DNA of 64,000 nt from positions 4,300,705-4,364,704 of the forward strand of contig CAXXLX010000001.1 in the NCBI GenBank assembly GCA_963665235.2, read 5' to 3'. The notes beneath the pieces are model-generated. The model was not told the DNA's origin and ran no database searches. It was given only the letters and a program-made list of their open reading frames with translations. A program made the position numbers and the translations under genes. Source of the stretch: Candidatus Poribacteria bacterium. Its GTDB lineage: Bacteria > Poribacteria > WGA-4E > WGA-3G. Positions 38,557 to 48,718 of this stretch are shown here, piece after piece; position 1 is the stretch's first letter, and each line of letters begins with the position of its first letter.

Positions 38557-39534
38557 TTACTTCTCCGTTATAGACACGGTCGGTTCATCAGGTGTGGCTG
38601 TCAAGGCTTTTACAATCAGATCAATGTTGTACCGCATCATGCCGATATAGGTGCCTTCAGGTGTGCCAGCGTCTCCCATAGCGTCAGAGAAAAGTTCGCC
38701 GCCGATTTGCACGTCAAACCCTCTTGCCTTGACCGCAGCTTTGACAGCTTCAAGGTTGCGTGAAGAGACCGATGTTTCCACAAAAATTGCGGGAATACGC
38801 CGGTCTGCAATAAATGTAGCCAATTCCTGCACGTCAGCGATGCCCGCTTCTGTTGTGGTGCTAATTCCCTGTAGCCCGCGGACCTCAAATCCGTAGGCTC
38901 TGCCGAAATAGCTAAAAGCATCGTGTGCCGTCACGACTACGCGTTGTTCAGGGGACACTAAGGCCGCCTGGGTCTTTACGTATTGGTGCAGCTCTGCAAG
39001 TTCAGCGAGGTAACGCTTGGCGTTGTCCTGATATATAGATGCGCCCTCGGTATCGTTCTCGCTGAGCACATCTCGTACCTTTTCTACAGCCTTCATCCAG
39101 AGCGTCACGTCGAACCAGAGGTGCGGGTCGTATAGCCCTTGGCAACATCCAAATTCCGGAGGTGTTAAGAGTAGCGATTCGTCAACACCCGCTGTGACTG
39201 CGAAGGTTTTTGTGTTTCCTGTCATCTTGGCAAGGACATCCCCCATCTTTGCCTCAAGGTGGTGCCCGTTATAGAAGATGAATTGCGCAGCACTCAGTCG
39301 CTGTTGGTCATTTGGGGTCAGTTTATAGAGATGCGGGTCAACCCCTGGTCCCATAAGTCCTATCACCTCGAGGCGTTCGCCGCCGACGTTTTTGACAATA
39401 TCGGTAATCATACCGATTGTTGTGACAACCCGGATTTTTCCATCTTCTGTGGTACCGTTATCCTGTTTTTTGGTATCACATCCGGTATAGACAAGTATAG
39501 CTATTGTGCATAACAGAATGTAGAATTTTTTCAT
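38557..39534 (-). CDS. Metal ABC transporter substrate-binding lipoprotein (TroA/MntA-like)
   Basis: Lipobox YTGC; DPHLY, DPHLW, HDAF, FSDAM metal ligands. Confidence 0.93.
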   Translation of the reverse strand: MKKFYILLCTIAILVYTGCDTKKQDNGTTEDGKIRVVTTIGMITDIVKNVGGERLEVIGLMGPGVDPHLYKLTPNDQQRLSAAQFIFYNGHHLEAKMGDVLAKMTGNTKTFAVTAGVDESLLLTPPEFGCCQGLYDPHLWFDVTLWMKAVEKVRDVLSENDTEGASIYQDNAKRYLAELAELHQYVKTQAALVSPEQRVVVTAHDAFSYFGRAYGFEVRGLQGISTTTEAGIADVQELATFIADRRIPAIFVETSVSSRNLEAVKAAVKARGFDVQIGGELFSDAMGDAGTPEGTYIGMMRYNIDLIVKALTATPDEPTVSITEK

Positions 39535-39538
39535 GTTT

Positions 39539-40675
39539 TTAGTTTCCTATCCAGAAGTATTCTAAGATTACGCCGACGATGGAGCCAATTCCTGCAACTC
39601 CGAGGCCGACAACAAACATATCAATGCCGCTCCGAATTAATCCGCGTCCGGTGAAAAGACTACGCGCGGCTCCGACGATGAAATGGGACAGCATAGCGAG
39701 GCTGAAAGCAATCCATATCGCGGTTGCCCCCGTGGTAAAGAGAAAAGGTGCAACCGGAATAAACGCACCGAGGGCTGTTGCAATCCCGGTAATCCATCCC
39801 TCTTTGAGGGGGGTTGCATGGGTCTTACCAATTTTAAGTTCCGCTTGGATTTTTTCCTCAAGGGCACGTTCCGGGTCGCTCATTAACTCCTCGGCGAGCA
39901 GACGCGCCTGTTCCTTAGGTACGCCGCGTGCCGCGTAAATAAGGACAAGTTCTTCCTCCTCAAGGTCAGGCATGAGTCGAATTTCCTCTCTCTCTACCTC
40001 TATTTCGTGTTCATAAACCTCCTGTTCACTCTTCGCGGCAAGATAGCCCGACGCGCCCATAGAGAGTGCATCGACCACAGTGCCGACGATGCCTGTCAAC
40101 AGAAGCGTTCTTGGGTCTTGTGTGGCGACAATAACGCCCGCGACTAAACCGAAGTTTGCCGTTAAGCCATCATTAAACCCGTAAACGATAGTGCCGACCA
40201 TTCCGCCGGATTCAGTTTTGTGCCACGGTTCATCACTGGAGCCGGTGAGTTGCTGTAAGTTCTCAGTATGCATAGCGGATTCTCTAGCTAAAATAAGTGC
40301 AGTCTCTTTTGCGTCGGGCAACGTGCTGCTCTTATGAAGTGCTAGATAATCTTTAACCTCCCCCGCTTCCTCGTTCAGCATCCGGGCAAGTGGAAATGCA
40401 CTGCCAAATTTTCGGGCGTACCACGCCATGAGTCTTGCTTTTAAAGTCGGTTTCGGTGTTTTAATTTGGACGTTGTATGAAGTCAGTATCTCTTCCCAAC
40501 GTTCTACGTGTCGGCTTTCCACATCAGCAAGTTCGAGTAAGATTTCTTTCCGCTCAGCAGCCTCTTCAAGCTCAGCGAAGACACTGTAGAGGTAGCTGGC
40601 ATCGACTTCATCTTGTAGATGGTGTTTCCAGATTTTAATAGTTTTTTTATCTGGGTGTCCCTGTTTTTGTTCCAT
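39539..40675 (-). CDS. Rubrerythrin/ferritin-like + VIT1/CCC1 metal transporter fusion
   Basis: E..H motifs (ESRH, ESAMH) in the N-terminus; VYGFNDGL, ALSMGASGYLA VIT1 motifs. Confidence 0.85.
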   Translation of the reverse strand: MEQKQGHPDKKTIKIWKHHLQDEVDASYLYSVFAELEEAAERKEILLELADVESRHVERWEEILTSYNVQIKTPKPTLKARLMAWYARKFGSAFPLARMLNEEAGEVKDYLALHKSSTLPDAKETALILARESAMHTENLQQLTGSSDEPWHKTESGGMVGTIVYGFNDGLTANFGLVAGVIVATQDPRTLLLTGIVGTVVDALSMGASGYLAAKSEQEVYEHEIEVEREEIRLMPDLEEEELVLIYAARGVPKEQARLLAEELMSDPERALEEKIQAELKIGKTHATPLKEGWITGIATALGAFIPVAPFLFTTGATAIWIAFSLAMLSHFIVGAARSLFTGRGLIRSGIDMFVVGLGVAGIGSIVGVILEYFWIGN

Positions 40676-41016
40676 TTTTTAAGATTTCCTTGCGGTTCGT
40701 TAAGGATATAAGTAAGAAATACGTGTTCTTCCGTATATCCAGCACGGCGCGTTGCTTGTGCTTACATTTTTTGACTTTTGACTTGACTATAGTGACATTT
40801 AGAATTAAAGGGACATGTTGTAGAGCAACTTTATGAAGATTAATTTTTTCGGTAATCCTGCTCTCTTTTCTGTCTGAATCGCGGATTAGCGCAGAGGACG
40901 CGGAAACGCGGAATTAAGAGAGCCTTTAGTTACCGACCCATCTCTTGCGAAAGGAAATGTCCGAGACACAAAACCATTTTCCGCGTCCTCTGTTTTCTCC
41001 TAATATGTAAGCGCGT

Positions 41017-41694
41017 CTACGTATCGTCTATATCTGGCCCTTGCACCTTATCGACGAAAATATGTTTTGCGACCTCCCGTCCGATGACCGCCTGCTGTCC
41101 CGCAATGTCAATAGTGAAGGGGCCCTCAAAAGGGGCAACCTCAATAACACGGAATGCTGTACCGGGGTAAAGGTTAAAACCGCCAAGATGTCGGAGCAGT
41201 GCAGAGTCGTCATCGTTCACTTCAGCGACAACACAAGATTGGCCGGTCCGTAGGTCCGTCATTGGGACAGATGGCGTTTTTGTCACGACCCCGTTTTTAT
41301 CCGGTATGGGTGCACCGTGTGGGTCCGTGGTCGGATATCCGAGAATCTCATCCATCCGTGCCTCTACATCTTCAGAGATGACGTGTTCCAATTTTTCGGC
41401 TTCTTCGTGGACACCATCCCACGGTACGCCGAGTGCTTTGAATAGGTAAAGCTCCAATAAACGGTGATGGCGAATGATTTCAAGCGCGATGGCTCTGCCC
41501 GCCTCTGTCAGCGTCACCTCCTGATACCGTTCGTGGTTGACTAGCTTCATCGCCTTCAACTTTTTAATCATCCCCGTCGCCGATGCGGGTTTAACGTTGA
41601 GGTATTCTGCCAAAAGTCCAGTCGAAACTTTACCGCCCTTTTCCTGTAGCTTGTAAATTGATTTTAGGTAATCCTCAGCTGCATGTGTAAGCAT
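41017..41694 (-). CDS. mntR: DtxR/MntR family metal-dependent repressor with FeoA domain
   Basis: EDYLKSIY, RHHRLLE, EAEKLEH, DPHGAPIP. Confidence 0.9.
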   Translation of the reverse strand: MLTHAAEDYLKSIYKLQEKGGKVSTGLLAEYLNVKPASATGMIKKLKAMKLVNHERYQEVTLTEAGRAIALEIIRHHRLLELYLFKALGVPWDGVHEEAEKLEHVISEDVEARMDEILGYPTTDPHGAPIPDKNGVVTKTPSVPMTDLRTGQSCVVAEVNDDDSALLRHLGGFNLYPGTAFRVIEVAPFEGPFTIDIAGQQAVIGREVAKHIFVDKVQGPDIDDT

Positions 41695-41750
41695 TCGATT
41701 TTTCCAATTTAGACACTCGGTGCTAAAATTATTAGACGTGTCTATAAATT

Positions 41751-41797
41751 AATTTAGGTATAACTAAATTATATCTTAATGTCCATAAAATTGTCAA
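41751..41797 (-). promoter_or_regulatory. DtxR/MntR-type operator (41751-41770) overlapping the -10/TSS of the mntR promoter
   Basis: Imperfect palindrome AATTTAGGTATAACTAAATT resembling the DtxR box TTAGGTTAGCCTAA; TTGACA-18-TATAAT on the minus strand. Confidence 0.7.
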
Positions 41798-41827
41798 GCA
41801 ATTTTTTCATAAATTCTGAAATTGGAG

Positions 41828-42880
41828 TTAAAATTCGTTGTAAACCTTGACAGGTTGACCCGTTTCAATGGATTTCCATGCAGCAACGCCGACAGCAATA
41901 GACTTCGCGCCATCAATCACATTCGGGGAGGGTTCCGTATTGTGTTTTAGGCAGTGTTGAAAATGCCGCATGTACCGGATAACGGTTTGTCCGTGTCCGT
42001 AAACGCTTGTGTCAACTTCGGCGGGGACCGTCATTTCAAAAGGCACTCTTGCGGTTGCCTTATCAAGCATGAGTTTAACCGTGCCTTCCGTGTTATCGGT
42101 GAATTCCCCAATCATTGTGGCTTTAGTGCCGTAAAGGGACACCTGCATCATCGGCATCGGTGGGTGGACGACATCGTAAAGCCCCATCGCCCTTGCAATC
42201 TGGCCGCTCTTAAACTTCAGGTTGAGAAAAAAGTTGTTCATGATAGGGTATTCGGGCGTGAGCGTGCCTTTCGCGCCGTAAGCGTGTACCTCTTCAACAT
42301 CACCGAGGAAACTTCGTAGAATGTCAACGGGGTGCACAACACCGCCGAACATTAGGTCTTGTGGGGTGTGCAGTCGCCACGGCGTGAAGTCGTAAACATC
42401 CCGCAGGTCGTGTACATAATATGCGTCTGCCACCATGAGGTCGCCTAGGTCGCCATCGTCAAAGAGTCGTTTCATCGTCAAAAACTGTAGGTCAAACCGC
42501 ATTGTCTGCCCAACAAGGAATTTGACATCGTGTTGGCGAACTAGGGCTACCAACCGTTGTGCATCTGCTAAGGTTGTCACCATTGGTTTTGTGCAGACGA
42601 CGTGTTTGCCAGCTTCAATAGCGGCGATGCAATGTTCCGCGTGCAGATGGTCCGGCGAATAAACAGCGATGACAGAAATATCATCGCGCTGAACCAATTC
42701 ACGATAATCTGTCGTCCAGAACGCCACACCGAGCTGTTTGGCATAGTTTTCCAGAACATCCGGCCGCTTTGCACAAATACCGCGGAGTTCGTAATTTAGG
42801 TCTGGTACATCTTTCAAAAGTGCCGTGGTTGACCCCATATTGGTAGGATTCATCCCAATAACGCCTAATCCGATTGCCAT
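41828..42880 (-). CDS. Gfo/Idh/MocA family oxidoreductase
   Basis: GKHVVCTKPM, VGQTMRF, HPVD. Confidence 0.88.
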   Translation of the reverse strand: MAIGLGVIGMNPTNMGSTTALLKDVPDLNYELRGICAKRPDVLENYAKQLGVAFWTTDYRELVQRDDISVIAVYSPDHLHAEHCIAAIEAGKHVVCTKPMVTTLADAQRLVALVRQHDVKFLVGQTMRFDLQFLTMKRLFDDGDLGDLMVADAYYVHDLRDVYDFTPWRLHTPQDLMFGGVVHPVDILRSFLGDVEEVHAYGAKGTLTPEYPIMNNFFLNLKFKSGQIARAMGLYDVVHPPMPMMQVSLYGTKATMIGEFTDNTEGTVKLMLDKATARVPFEMTVPAEVDTSVYGHGQTVIRYMRHFQHCLKHNTEPSPNVIDGAKSIAVGVAAWKSIETGQPVKVYNEF

Positions 42881-43201
42881 TTTGTGTCTCCTCACTTGAA
42901 GTTGTTGATTTTTGGAACATTCTATCACGATTACTTTTTTTGGTCAAGAAATTTATGAACTAAGAGTGTGTGAAATTTTTGTAAATATGATAGAGGGAAG
43001 GGTGGAAGGGTGGAAGAGGGGACGGATGGAAGGATGGAAGAGGGGACGGATGGAAGAGGGGATTTCGCGTCTGTCCTGTCTGAATCGCGGAAGGCACAGA
43101 GGACACAGAGGACGCGGAAAAAGAGGGTTGTTGCTAACATCTACGGATTTTTTGTCTGAACCGGGGATTATCGCGCATTACACGGATTGCGTGGATTGTA
43201 A

Positions 43202-43349
43202 TACCATTTCTAATTGAAAATGTCTCTTTCTTGTAGCATAAACTTCCAGTTTGTGTGCTTTATTGTAGCATAAACTTCCAGTTTGTGTCTTCCGTTCTCC
43301 GTTTCATTTCTAACAACCGGTAATGATAGAATAATTAATAAAAATGGTA
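43202..43349 (+). mobile_element. MITE family A with two internal units, TAA duplication
   Basis: TAA-TACCATTT...AAATGGTA-TAA. Confidence 0.85.
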
Positions 43350-43584
43350 TAAGATGCGTAACACGCCAAGTTTTGTGATTATAGGTTAGGGTGTTGTTGC
43401 TTCTATAAACATTCCGCCCCGCTGGGGCTAGTTTGTGGTGTGGTTGCGTTTGCTATAAACATTCCGCCCCGCTGGGGCTGCGTTTTCGCACATCCTATCC
43501 TATTTTTCTCTTATTTGTCCTTGTGTGAGAAACTTTGAGAAAAATAGACACCGCTAGTCACAAAACTTTGATTGTTCCGCCTCT

Positions 43585-43883
43585 TTTTTCCGCGTCCTCC
43601 GCGTTCTCCGCGCCTTCCGCGATTCAGACAAGCAAGCACACAACCCCCCCCTCTTAGCCCCATCCGGGCGAAATGTTTCATGGGCGAGAACCTCTTCTTT
43701 CCGCGTTCTCCGCGTCCTCCGCGCCTTCCGCGATTCAGACAGCACCCGCGAAATCCCCTCTTCCATCCTTCCCCTCTTCCACCCTTCCCCTCTTCCATCC
43801 TTCCCCTCTTCCACCCTTCCACCCTTCCATCCTTCCCCTCTTCCACCCTTCCCGCTATCATAATTACAAAAACTGGACACACC
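43585..43883. repeat. Composite intergenic repeat, inverted relative to 42964-43200
   Basis: CCGCGT nonamers, CTTCCACC/CTTCCCCT octamers, ACAAAAACT..ACACACCC end. Confidence 0.7.
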
Positions 43884-43972
43884 CATTATTGATTATTAAT
43901 TTTTTTGCTGGACAAAATTATGAGAAACGTGTATGATGGTTAAAGTGAATAATTTTAAAGGCAGATATATCT

Positions 43973-45487
43973 ATGACTTCCACAAAAAAACCTATCCGCT
44001 GGTGGCCGATTTTTAGCATCGCTGGTCTCGCTCTCCTGGGCATCGGACTGATCTGGTTTATGGATGCTGACCATCGTCAAGACGAAATTATCAAGACAAT
44101 CATGGTGCTGCTCCTTACGGTGATTCTTGCAGTGTTGTGGCTGCTATGCTTCTCTCGGCTCGCCTGGCGGGTTAAACTCGTTGCTGCTGCTGTGCTCATC
44201 TTAGGGGGTGTAGCGTGCGGTAGTCTTTTCCAATTTGACGGTTTTAGCGGCGACCTTGTTCCTAAATTTAAGCTGCGATGGGACAAGAAAACCGCGGAGC
44301 CCACTGTTTCGAACCCATCCGAACGCGTTCCTGAAAGTTATCAGATGGATTATCCACAGTTCCTCGGCCCGAACCGGAATGCAGTAATAACCAATGTCAA
44401 ATTGAAACGGAATTGGGAGGAACACCCACCCACTTTAGTGTGGCGGAAACCGGTCGGTGCTGGCTGGTCAGGTTTTGCTGTGGCTGGCAATTTCGCAATC
44501 ACACAGGAACAGGAGGGCGACTGGGAAAAAGTTGTCTGTTACGACTTGCACACCGGGGATATCAAGTGGAGCCATCGCGACCGGGCGAGATACGACACCG
44601 CCCTTGCAGGGCTCGGCCCCCGAGCCACCCCAACGATTGATAAATCAAAGGTTTACACGCTCGGCTCAACCGGTATTCTGAACTGTTTAGAGCTCAATAC
44701 TGGGCAACCCCTCTGGTCAAAGAATGTCTTTGAGGCACACGGTGCGGGAACACCGCCCTGGGGCGTGAGCAGTTCACCGCTTGTGCTTAACGACATCGTC
44801 GTCGTCAGTGCTGGGGGAGCAGTAGCATATCACACGGAAACGGGGGAGGTTGCATGGATAGGACACAGAACCCGCACCGGTTACAGCTCACCGTTCGTCA
44901 CAACCTTAGCAGGCACCGAGCAAATTATCCTCTTTAACCAGGGGCTTGTCACCGCGCATGAGCCCGCAACTGGAGAGCTCTTATGGAAGCAACCGTGGCC
45001 AAGGGCGGAATGTGTGGCACAACCAATGCCGCTGTCCGGGGACCAACTGCTCGTCTCAACCGGGTATGGTGTCGGTGCGAAGCTGTTTCAGGTTACACGT
45101 AACCCGACAGCAGACTTTAACGTTTCTCTTATATGGGAAACCATCTATCTCAAAGCAAAATTCACTACTATTATCTATCACGCGGGCTACCTATATGGTC
45201 TTGACGATGGTATTTTCGCTTGCGTGAAGCTAGCCGATGGGACACGCCAATGGAAACGCGGCAGGTATGGACATGGACAGACACTTCTGGTCTCGGATGT
45301 CCTGCTGGTCCTTACGGAATCTGGAGAGGTTGTCCTACTAGAACCGACACCGGAATCGCATAGAGAACTCGCGCGGTTCAGAGCGTTGACCGGGCACACG
45401 ACCTGGAACACACCGGCACTTGCTGGCAGCTATCTGCTTGTCCGAAACAACCGAGAAGCCGCCTGTTATCAGCTACCGACAGAATAG
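43973..45487 (+). CDS. Membrane-anchored PQQ-like (BamB-like) beta-propeller protein
   Basis: N-terminal TM helices; YPQFLGPNRN, GPRATP, GYSSP, TWNTPALAG..LLVRN. Confidence 0.85.
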   Translation: MTSTKKPIRWWPIFSIAGLALLGIGLIWFMDADHRQDEIIKTIMVLLLTVILAVLWLLCFSRLAWRVKLVAAAVLILGGVACGSLFQFDGFSGDLVPKFKLRWDKKTAEPTVSNPSERVPESYQMDYPQFLGPNRNAVITNVKLKRNWEEHPPTLVWRKPVGAGWSGFAVAGNFAITQEQEGDWEKVVCYDLHTGDIKWSHRDRARYDTALAGLGPRATPTIDKSKVYTLGSTGILNCLELNTGQPLWSKNVFEAHGAGTPPWGVSSSPLVLNDIVVVSAGGAVAYHTETGEVAWIGHRTRTGYSSPFVTTLAGTEQIILFNQGLVTAHEPATGELLWKQPWPRAECVAQPMPLSGDQLLVSTGYGVGAKLFQVTRNPTADFNVSLIWETIYLKAKFTTIIYHAGYLYGLDDGIFACVKLADGTRQWKRGRYGHGQTLLVSDVLLVLTESGEVVLLEPTPESHRELARFRALTGHTTWNTPALAGSYLLVRNNREAACYQLPTE

Positions 45488-45584
45488 CGTGCTATCCAGA
45501 AAATGGCAGCATTACAAAAAATGCAAAAGCAATCATACTCCCTACTCATCGGGGATAACCTACAGAAAGGAAGACAAAATACTG

Positions 45585-46496
45585 ATGAAAAGATGTGCTA
45601 TCTATATCCTTAGCTTATTCGTTTGTTGTGGGGTCGGCCTCCTATTTTCCGGAACCACGACATTCGCGACGAAGTATGACCCAACGATAGATTCCTATCT
45701 AGAAAGAATTTTTGAAAACTATATTAAGAACCAGCGGAGGCGCGGCCAGCTGGCATCAACGGAACAAACCAGTTTCGTTGTTTATGATATCTCCAACGAG
45801 AAAAAATTGGTATCTATCAACGAGGAACGTCGAATGATGGCTGCATCGCTGGCGAAAAACTTCATTATGCTTGCATATTTTCACGAAGTCAAGTATCGCC
45901 GTTTAAGCCATACCCAAACAAATCGCTACCATCTGCGGGAAATGATTCAGAAGAGCTCAAATACTTCTACCAATCATTTTATCAGACTCATCGGTGGCCC
46001 CTATAGAGTCAATAAGATTTTAAAAGCGAATTACCCCTATTTCGAGCAGACCGAGATTGTGGAATACATTCCTGCAAGCGGGAGAACTTACAGAAATTTG
46101 ACCTCAGCGCGAGATTTGAATAAGTTTTACGTCCAGCTATGGCGCAACAACCTGCCGCACTCCGACAAAATGCGGTATTACTTCGAGCTGCCGAACGGCG
46201 ATTACATCTACAAAAAAACTTACATTCCGCGAACAACGAAGGTGTATAACAAAACGGGCACTGTCTATGGATTGATAGGAGATAGCGGTATTTTAGTGAT
46301 TCGCGATTCGCACGGACGGGCGCGCCCCTATGTTTTTACAGGGTTAATTCAGGATAAAACCAAAACCCGCACCCGAAACCGGTCGCTTCCGTTTGGCACT
46401 TGGGTCAGCCGGCGCGCGAATATTCTACGGCGGGTATCGGAAAGGGCGTACACTTATGTTAAAAACTACCATGACAGCCGGTATTCTATGCGCTAA
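45585..46496 (+). CDS. Serine hydrolase, class A beta-lactamase-like
   Basis: SxxK (ASLAK), SSN, KTG; signal peptide from MKRCA. Confidence 0.8.
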   Translation: MKRCAIYILSLFVCCGVGLLFSGTTTFATKYDPTIDSYLERIFENYIKNQRRRGQLASTEQTSFVVYDISNEKKLVSINEERRMMAASLAKNFIMLAYFHEVKYRRLSHTQTNRYHLREMIQKSSNTSTNHFIRLIGGPYRVNKILKANYPYFEQTEIVEYIPASGRTYRNLTSARDLNKFYVQLWRNNLPHSDKMRYYFELPNGDYIYKKTYIPRTTKVYNKTGTVYGLIGDSGILVIRDSHGRARPYVFTGLIQDKTKTRTRNRSLPFGTWVSRRANILRRVSERAYTYVKNYHDSRYSMR

Positions 46497-46528
46497 ACGC
46501 TCTGTCCAACGTAAAGCAAGGCAATTTT

Positions 46529-47167
46529 ATGGCATCTATCGTTAATATCGGCAGACGCATTGAACTTGTGCCGATTGACCCCCATTTCCATGACATCACT
46601 ATCGCGCTCTACCGCCAGCAACACGATGCACGTACTGTCTTCCGCGTGCATACCTATAGCAGTGTAACAGATGCGGATACCCGAATTCAAGGGGTGCGCC
46701 AAGCGATGCAAACCTTAGGCGGCATGTTAGAAACGCCGGAGGGGCTGCTCTATTTTCCTTGTGGCGATGGGCATGAAGCGGCGTGTCGGCGCGTCTTTTT
46801 GGAGGCGTGCAAACTTGAACCGAACGCGCCTATAGAAGTTCGTCCCTTGAACACGGTCGATAAAAAATCTAAGCTAAACATCACGGTGGATTCTGTAGGG
46901 GATGGCATCTATCGGGTGACGGCTGATGGTGAAGGCAGAAGTGCTGAGCGGCGGGTCTCTGCCATTGCTGGAGGTCTGATAAAATTAGGCGAAATGGAAG
47001 CCGTTGAAGAGAACGGCACTGACACCGTTGCCTTTTCATGTAATAGCTCCCACGATGCCCTGGTCGGGCTGCTGTTAGTTCGTGCACCGAACGTCCGCGT
47101 CGTCCTGCGAGAGGCAGAGATGGAGGCTTCTCGCGGAGTCCTCTCCGCACCCAGCCAGCAGACATAA
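46529..47167 (+). CDS. Hypothetical protein
   Basis: 212-aa ORF, co-directional with neighbours; internally repeated C...H.A motif. Confidence 0.7.
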   Translation: MASIVNIGRRIELVPIDPHFHDITIALYRQQHDARTVFRVHTYSSVTDADTRIQGVRQAMQTLGGMLETPEGLLYFPCGDGHEAACRRVFLEACKLEPNAPIEVRPLNTVDKKSKLNITVDSVGDGIYRVTADGEGRSAERRVSAIAGGLIKLGEMEAVEENGTDTVAFSCNSSHDALVGLLLVRAPNVRVVLREAEMEASRGVLSAPSQQT

Positions 47168-47223
47168 GCATACCAACCCTTCCTCCTCACAAACGTTTCC
47201 ACGCCCAATTTGCGGAAGTCCTG

Positions 47224-48717
47224 ATGCTTACAACACTTATTCGCAGGGAACTGCTCAACAATCTAATGACCTTCCGTTTCGCAGCGGTATTGCTTATCAC
47301 ACTACTACTCGTTGTTGCGAATACCGCCGTGCTTATCCAAGATTACGAACAACGTCTGGAGAGTTATAATGATGCGGTCAAAATGCATCAGCAGGATTTA
47401 CGCAATTCCAAAACCTACTCTACTTCGTATCTGTTCATTGACCGGGCACCGAATCCGTTGAGCATCTTCAATGTCGGGTTAGATAAACGTTTGGGCAACC
47501 TCGTCGGTATTTATCACGGATTTATGCCGACACTATGGGATGCCCAAATGCACGGGACTGACAATCCATTTATCGCCTTCTTTTCTTCAATTGATATTGT
47601 CTTCGTCTTTGAAGTCATCCTCAGCCTGATGGGGTTGATATTCGCTTACGATGCGATTGCGGGGGAACGTGAGCACGGCACGTTACGTCTTGTTCTCACA
47701 CAACCTATCGGACGCGGACAGATTTTACTTGCAAAATATATCAGTGCCATGACGTGTCTGTTGCTTCCCCTGATATCGAGTCTGCTCTTTTCCCTACTGT
47801 TGCTAACGCGTTCGATTCCGCTGTCAGCTGCGGATTTTCTCCGTATCGGTGGTATTGTTCTTACCTCATTCGCGTATCTATCGCTATTCTACCTCATTGG
47901 ATTGCTGCTTTCCGTAGCGACGCGTAGAACCGGCACGGCGTTAATGCTGGCGATGTTTGTATGGGGGTTTCTGATACTCGTGTATCCGAACTTGATTCGG
48001 GCAACGGTTAACCCAGGAGGCAACATTCAGGCGCGTGTGAAGACTACCCATAACCAGATTCAACAAATTTTAGATGAATATGAAAGAGAACGTCAAAAGT
48101 TTCTTGAAAACGAGGGTATCGCTGGAGAAATATCGGAATTCAGCAAGGCGTTAGGGTTCTATCACCAAGCGGATGTAGACCCTGCAACCCTGACATCTTA
48201 TATTGAGAATATGAGTGTTATTTCAGAAATCCAGCCGAACTTTGAGAAGTACGTCCCCGTCGCTAAGCGGTATTACAATTTCGTTGAACCGTTGGTCACC
48301 CAAACAGTGGAAAAGGCTTGGCGTATCCGCAAGCAGGCACTTGATGAAATTTACGTTCAACAAGCCACAACTGATAGGATGTTGTTGAAATTCTCACCTG
48401 TAGGCATCTATGACGCTGCGACACAAGCGTGGGCAGGAACAGATTTCTCGGGACTCAGAGATTTTTTCGATGCAGCACGACGTTACCGAAGAGTCAAAAT
48501 TGACTATCTCTATGCAAAAGACGCATTTGCATCACGGGAGTGGTTTGTTGCTGATAAAGGCGCAGTCGATTGGAGCACGCTCCCAACCTTTTCTTTTCAG
48601 AGAAGTGATGTCCGAACCAATGCAAAGCGGGCTTTACCAGACCTGTTTCTACTACTGATATGGAACCTCGTTTTGTTCATGGGGACCGTTCTTATTTTCA
48701 TCAAAAGCGAAGTGTAG
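47224..48717 (+). CDS. ABC-2 type transporter permease
   Basis: YDAIAGEREHGTLRLVL..PI.R..ILLAK. Confidence 0.85.
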   Translation: MLTTLIRRELLNNLMTFRFAAVLLITLLLVVANTAVLIQDYEQRLESYNDAVKMHQQDLRNSKTYSTSYLFIDRAPNPLSIFNVGLDKRLGNLVGIYHGFMPTLWDAQMHGTDNPFIAFFSSIDIVFVFEVILSLMGLIFAYDAIAGEREHGTLRLVLTQPIGRGQILLAKYISAMTCLLLPLISSLLFSLLLLTRSIPLSAADFLRIGGIVLTSFAYLSLFYLIGLLLSVATRRTGTALMLAMFVWGFLILVYPNLIRATVNPGGNIQARVKTTHNQIQQILDEYERERQKFLENEGIAGEISEFSKALGFYHQADVDPATLTSYIENMSVISEIQPNFEKYVPVAKRYYNFVEPLVTQTVEKAWRIRKQALDEIYVQQATTDRMLLKFSPVGIYDAATQAWAGTDFSGLRDFFDAARRYRRVKIDYLYAKDAFASREWFVADKGAVDWSTLPTFSFQRSDVRTNAKRALPDLFLLLIWNLVLFMGTVLIFIKSEV

Positions 48718-48718
48718 G

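Noticed and set aside
40676-41016. yybP-ykoY manganese riboswitch upstream of the VIT1 fusion
   Set aside because: Looked for because of context, but no recognisable conserved motif; part of the gap is a repeat module.
42912-43936. Short Arg/Gly/Glu-rich ORFs (also 3656-3877, 54380-54784, 36669-36851, 59-595)
   Set aside because: Derived from the composite intergenic repeat family; low complexity and present in multiple frames.
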